A DNA stretch of 64,000 nucleotides from Octopus vulgaris (Eukaryota): the NCBI GenBank assembly GCA_951406725.2, contig OX597816.1, forward strand, positions 104,470,001 to 104,534,000, written 5' to 3'. How positions within the stretch are numbered: position 1 is the first letter of the stretch; each line of letters starts with the position of its first letter. Positions 57,671 to 64,000 of this stretch are shown here, piece after piece. A program made the translations under genes and the position numbers. The notes below the pieces were generated by a model. That model saw only the letters and a program-made list of their open reading frames with translations, searched no databases and was not told the origin of the DNA.

Positions 57671-59314
57671 ACCCAAAATACATTTCCTCCTTACACGTTT
57701 ACACATCTGTTAACGTCTGTCTCTCAATGTGTCTAATCATTTACACATACGCACAAACGGAGTGGGTTAAGGCGTGAATAGGAAAAAGGAGAAAGGTAGG
57801 TGAACAGGAGAGAAGTGCAGATAAAATCGAGAAACATGATATAAGTTATCCAAGGAAATGTATTCCTTTTACGGACTTTATTCTGCTGCAAGCTTTAAAG
57901 CTTAATTTCCGTTTCTTACCTCAACTGGACGCTTTTCTTTTATCAAAGCACCAGCTACATTTGTATTGTCATCAATTTTTTTGACCACCAGAATATTTCA
58001 TGGGCACTGACTAGTCTCTCCCAGACAACTATGTGTGAACCGAATGCGTACGTGTATGTGATTGTGTACGTGTGTGAATATAATACATATGCACTCACAT
58101 ATTTACATGCGTTTATTTACTTAAAAATACTTATAGAAGCAGACATGCTGTGCAGCTAAAAATTATAGCTAGAAAACAGTCTGGTAGACGAATGCTGAAA
58201 GAAATTAAAACACTGCTAACTCTATGTCACAGAAACTATACTGAATGAAGACACCAGTCAACATGACATGAAAGTTGAGTCAACAGTCTCATTCGAAATA
58301 TATTATGTTAATAATATAATTGCTTTGAATTTATGCGAAAGTAATATTCACCGTTTATTTATTTCTCTATTTATTTATTTATTTATTTATTTATTGAGAG
58401 GATGGAAATGTTACACTATCTAGATAACGTTTCTTAGGGTTTTCTACTATTTAAAGTAGTACAGTATTTACACAACTCACTGGATCAACAACTAGCTGAT
58501 CTCAGATACGTATATTGTGAATCTAGCCTCCTAGTACATTAATGTAATATTAACGAGAACCGAAGGTTCAAATATCCACATATTGTTGGCCACGGCCTCA
58601 CCACTTCATCTCTATTATATACATTCAATGTATTACAAAATTGTATCATTAGTAGCCATCTTAACATGAGAGGACTTTATTTGTTTTCACAAACAACAAT
58701 CAATGCACATCCTTTCACTAACTTCAAACTGGCCATACAACTATTAATTAACCTTTGTACGAATAATTAATATCAAGCAAGTCATAAATGTTAACAACGA
58801 TTTCGGTGAGGTGAGTCAGAAACTGTTTACAGGTCACGCAAAATTACAAATATTTTACACATCGCTTTAGGTTATAAATCCATGAAAGAGGTCGGATATT
58901 TGTTTGAAATATTTCATTTTATATTAGAACTGATGTTGTTACCTGAGCCGTGTGTTTGCCTCAAGCACCAAATTAACCTTTTACAATCTACATAGTTGCA
59001 AACATTGATACAAGCAGATATAGACACATATATGGAAAACCTGCCTATATAATCATACAGGAATGCACAAGCAAATGCAAGCAAACAGGAAAAATGATAT
59101 CACTTCATTAGTTTTGTGGAAATAAATGAAATAAAAGCAACAACAATGGTAGATATTAATCACGCCAGTTCCCTGTATTATTTACTTCATTAAGATGTTT
59201 CTATCATGGAAGAGTTTAGGACAAATAAAACATTCTCAATAACATCAATTACTTGGTTTTTTCCTTACTTCTTAAATACACATACATACAAACATATGAG
59301 TATACGTGTGTTCG

Positions 59315-59436
<122 letters not shown>

Positions 59437-59861
59437 AGAGAGAGAGAGAGAGATAATATATATATATATATATATATAAACACACACTTATATTTATATA
59501 TATACATATATGTATATTTGGCTATGTCTCTGTGTGTCTGTGTATGTATCCATAAACATATATACAAAAGTCCCTATATATATATGTTATATATATTTCT
59601 AAATTAATTCATGTATAGAAGTTTATTTATTTCTCTTCATCTGTGTTCTTTCTCCTGTGCCTCACTGTCGCTCTCGGCGAGTGTGACATTCTGCCAGTTA
59701 AAATAATATAAAATGTCTGCGTGAGTTCATATACATATGGTGGGGTTGCGTGCTTGTGTGTACAAATATGCGTGTAGACACGCGCGCGCACACGCAAGCA
59801 CACACACACACACACATATATATATATACTATATATGATATATTATGTATATATCCTCTCA

Positions 59862-59899
<38 letters not shown>

Positions 59900-61119
59900 C
59901 ATATATGCATACTTAGATATAATCATGCAAACATACATACGTACGCACGTACATACACACATACATACATACATGCATACATACATACATACATACATAC
60001 ATATAGTGGTTGTGACTGTTTTTACGCTGTAATACGTATCACGCCTTGATGAAACAATCGCTATGTTGTTTTATTTTGCTTATCTTAAATATGTTTGACA
60101 AGAAATAATTGAATCTATATTTTTGATTAGGAACTCAGACAACATTGAGTACAGGTTACATTGTTGATATGAAAACTAGACAATGATATTCATAATCTAA
60201 CTGAATAGGTGACAATTGCTTCTCCAATTCTATACTCATGCTATGAATATGTGACAAACATTTCAACTGTCAAGATATATGATAAGAATGTCTTCTACAA
60301 TGCCGTATGAGTAAAAAGAAAAACAGAAAGATAAACCTCAGGTTGTCTGAGTATGATTTGCGTTTTACAATTTACATTTATAGTTGATCACGTGAGATAT
60401 TTTTGTTTTAATTGTTATGTATCAAGTATTACTGACTTGTATTGTCCAAAGGATAGTATTAGCTTTTCAACGCAGTGCAAGTAATAGATAGTACTCATAA
60501 CTTATGCTGTCCCTACTGAATTATTACACTTGATACGTTTGCTTAGGGGAAACCGCAGTAAAGAGAAGAGAAAGGAAATTAAAAAAGAGTGAGAGAAAAT
60601 GGGGTAAGGCAGGGAGAGTGCCAAACGTAACGAGGAAATGTCCATGTTTAGTATATGATACATAGCAGACACGATGGAAAATAATTAGATCAAGTTTTAA
60701 TAAATTTTGTAAGAATTAGGGTCGTAATTTTCTGTTCAAATAAAACCTGGAAATAATTGAGGGAGATTACTTTGTAAAAACATCATTTCAAATCATCGTG
60801 GCTGGTAAGTAAAGTTAAGCCTATGGATCGGACATACTTTTTTTGTGCATTCTAGATTGATTTTGTGTGTAGTAAACTTATTGTAACTACATGGGAACAT
60901 GCTGTAGTGTAGATCAAATTTGTGCACAGTCATGTATCAATAATTATTCAACAGTAACGTATTTTCTAACCATGATCACGAAGTTTGACCTTTGGAATGC
61001 AGCGTGCAGTTTTGTCAATGATATAAAATGTTGATTGCCGTATGTTTTTGGGAGTGAGTCACACTTATGTGTGTGCGTATGTGTGTGTATACAATTATGT
61101 TCGTACTTATGTATGTATG

Positions 61120-61153
<34 letters not shown>

Positions 61154-61450
61154 TCCATATAATGCGAAGTCTCGTATTTGCAAATAAAGAACAGACATTA
61201 CATCTGTTGCTTTGGAGTGGTGCACGTGTTATACTGTCGGATTTCTTATTAGAAGAGGATATTTCTTTGTGCATTGGTGAAATTCAACGTTCATATGTCC
61301 TCACTGCCTGTTGTTTCCGAGGTTTCAGCTAATAAAGCTGATGTCTGGCTGTCGAAAAGAAGCCCCCACCACACACACATACACACACACACACGCACAC
61401 ACACACAAACACACGCACACGCACACACACACATATATATATGTACACAA

Positions 61451-61492
<42 letters not shown>

Positions 61493-61495
<3 letters not shown>

Positions 61496-61760
61496 ACTTC
61501 AGAAGCAGTGAACAACACGAAGTACGAAAACAAATGAGTTAAATGCGCAAGCAACGAGAGAAAAAAAATGAAAAACAGGACAAGTAACACAAATAACGAC
61601 CCTTCATCAGTTGTCAGCTGTCTATCTACTCCTCATTTCGAGCATTCGATGAAGAGTCTTTCTTTGTGTTACGTGTCATATTTTCCCTTTTCCTCTCGTA
61701 GTTAGCGTATTTAACTCATTTGTTTTTGTACTTCATGTCGTTTATTGTTTGAGACGTCCT
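61493..61760. mobile_element. Diverged fold-back element (~115-bp arms) between (TA)n runs
   Basis: 61493-61608 versus 61648-61760 reverse complement; CTGATGAAGG on the minus strand at 61601-61610. Confidence 0.7.
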
Positions 61761-61771
61761 GTGCCCATATA

Positions 61772-61822
<51 letters not shown>

Positions 61823-61825
61823 TAT

Positions 61826-61864
<39 letters not shown>

Positions 61865-62365
61865 CATATATATAAATATGAATGCATACGTGAATGCATA
61901 TATATGAATGCATGTGTGTGTTTATGCGTGTGTATGCGCGCGTGTTTGGACGTGTGTGCGTTTGTTGCTTGGCATGAACAATGTTAGGAACGAATATTTT
62001 CGTGGTTGAAATCTATTTATTTACATGTATTCTTGATTTGCTAACCGTCATTTCCACCTAGATTATCTGATGAATCTTTTATTATTTCAAAAGTATTTTT
62101 CAGAAAATATCACTTATGATATAAATTACACTAACATCTCTCTTCTCTATTCCATACTATTTGTTGTGTTAAAAATCAATAGCAATATAACTATTATTAA
62201 ACATTGTGATGATGAAAGAAATAATTTTCTAGGATTTCCATTTGTAGATTCAGACTTAAATTTAACTTTTTGATAACTCGTAACTAAACCTCACTCAATT
62301 ACGCACTAAAGGATGACAGCTGAAACGGATCTCAATAAAATCTAAGATGCAAATCGGGATTTAAA

Positions 62366-62498
62366 TAGGCGTGGTTGTGTAGTAAGAAGTTTACGTCCCA
62401 ACTACATATTCAGGGTTCAGTTCCAATACGTGGTACCTTGGGCAAGTGCCTTGTTGTGAGTAGATTTGGTAGGTGGAGACTGAAAGAAGCCCGTCGTA

Positions 62499-62500
<2 letters not shown>
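62366..62500 (+). mobile_element. SINE family D
   Basis: AGGCGTGGTTGTGT...GGGTTCAGTTCC...CCTTGGGCAAGTG...ACTGAAAGAAGCCCGTCGTA. Confidence 0.8.
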
Positions 62501-62530
<30 letters not shown>

Positions 62531-62537
<7 letters not shown>

Positions 62538-62643
62538 ACCGACCAGGCTATCAGATGTTGCTACACATCGCTGGTCACAATGCGTTTCGCATTGTTTTAG
62601 CCTGCAAAAATGACGCCACCCCGCTGGCTAAGCGAGCAGGCCA

Positions 62644-62645
<2 letters not shown>
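62531..62645 (-). mobile_element. Second copy of the ~112-bp structured element
   Basis: Reverse complement of 39323-39434, again within (TA)n. Confidence 0.8.
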
Positions 62646-62708
<63 letters not shown>

Positions 62709-62731
62709 TACATGTATATGCATATATATAT

Positions 62732-62765
<34 letters not shown>

Positions 62766-63804
62766 GTATATATATGTATGTATATATGTATGTATATATA
62801 TGCATGTGTGTATATATATACACAGACAGAGAAAGAGAGAAAGAGATACAGAAATAGCTGGAGAAAGTACAACCGATACCAATATATCTAAGTTGCTCCA
62901 TATATATCAGGTAGAATCCTGAACACTATGTCTGACAATGCATCAAAAACTGATATGAGTAAAGGGGAACGAGACTTTTCTATGTCCTCTATTTTTTTAT
63001 CTTACCACGAATTAGTCATTCTCCTTGAGTAAATATTCCTTTTAGCACACTGGTGGATCCGGTAGAAATATAAGCCTAGCTATCGTACATAAATGTTCAT
63101 TACATGTTACTTAAGTTCATACACTTTAGAACCAAACTGGATATTTCATAAGTTCCCGACAACAAGATTAGATAATGAAACGGTCAACCGGTATCTCACT
63201 TGTTTGTCAGAGGACACCATTTTGAAAGTTTAAAAAAAAAAGGTGAAATATATCACACATAGGAAATCTCCAATTCTGATTGGATATACGAGCATTTATT
63301 AGCACTAAGAATTGATAATCATCGGATAATTGTCTTTAGGATACATTTTCGACAGTCAGTAAATCAGACACAAGTTGTAATTCGTTTTTTGTTACCATCT
63401 TTGCAAATGGCGAAGAGATGTCTATAGATGTTACGAGGTGATATGAATACTATTTCATGATTTAGAGTGTAGAAAAATTAATTAGTGATAAGATAAACCG
63501 AGGAGATAATTTACTAATATCCAATGTTGTTGTTGTCGTAGCTTATGCTTTATCATTGTTGAATATGGTTTGGAAAGTTTTTGAAATCCTGGTTCTATTT
63601 GTTAGTGAGATTAACATTGAATATGAGTCACAAATTCGGTTCCCACCGTGTATGGTGTTCAAAGTTTCAGTGACCATGGCACAGTTGTTTAGTTAGAAAC
63701 GATTAAAGAGTAACCTGCCAGAATGCATAGAATGCCGGCCCCGAGTTTTGATTGGTGTAATACATTCTCCATTCATGTAGCATGTAGTGTTTTCTGTTAT
63801 GCTT

Positions 63805-63975
63805 TATTTGCTTGGATCATTTGGACTGCGGCCATGCTGGGACAGTACATTAAACTACCCCAGTCCTTATTTTAATACCTGGTACTTATTCTATCGGTCT
63901 ATTATACTGAAGTACTAAGTTATAGGAAGTGCACAAAACACTGGTTCTCATGCGGTGGGGAACACAACGAAAACA
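63805..63975 (-). mobile_element. SINE family D 3' segment
   Basis: Resembles 12520-12670 (GCCATGCTGG...CCCCAGT...CTAAGTTA...GCGGTGGG). Confidence 0.55.
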
Positions 63976-64000
63976 AAACGTCGCTTGAGTTATATATGAT

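Noticed and set aside
62600-62645. SECIS element (ATGA...AA)
   Set aside because: No 3' GA quartet partner or suitable helix.

Overview
AT-rich, microsatellite-dense animal genomic DNA. The SINE, Penelope and mariner content suggests an octopus (coleoid cephalopod); this is inference, not a database result. There is one credible coding exon (27295-29326, +), encoding a long disordered region and a single TM helix and ending at a GTAAGT donor; no downstream exon was recognised in the remaining ~34.7 kb. A heavily decayed minus-strand coding relic at 1-~9200 has motifs in the order expected for an RNF213/mysterin-like protein. Mobile DNA includes a full-length defective mariner with 37-bp TIRs, CR1 and RTE LINE fragments, several Penelope-like element (PLE) fragments and four tRNA-derived SINE families, some with clear TSDs. 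The most striking signal is a set of unrelated fold-back (palindromic) insertions carrying minimal type I hammerhead ribozymes with palindromic stem III. One (56.1-56.6 kb) has an intact hammerhead on each strand. Another (21.9-22.4 kb) has a 15-bp TSD and a neighbouring empty-site paralog. Most ORF-track entries are microsatellite artefacts.
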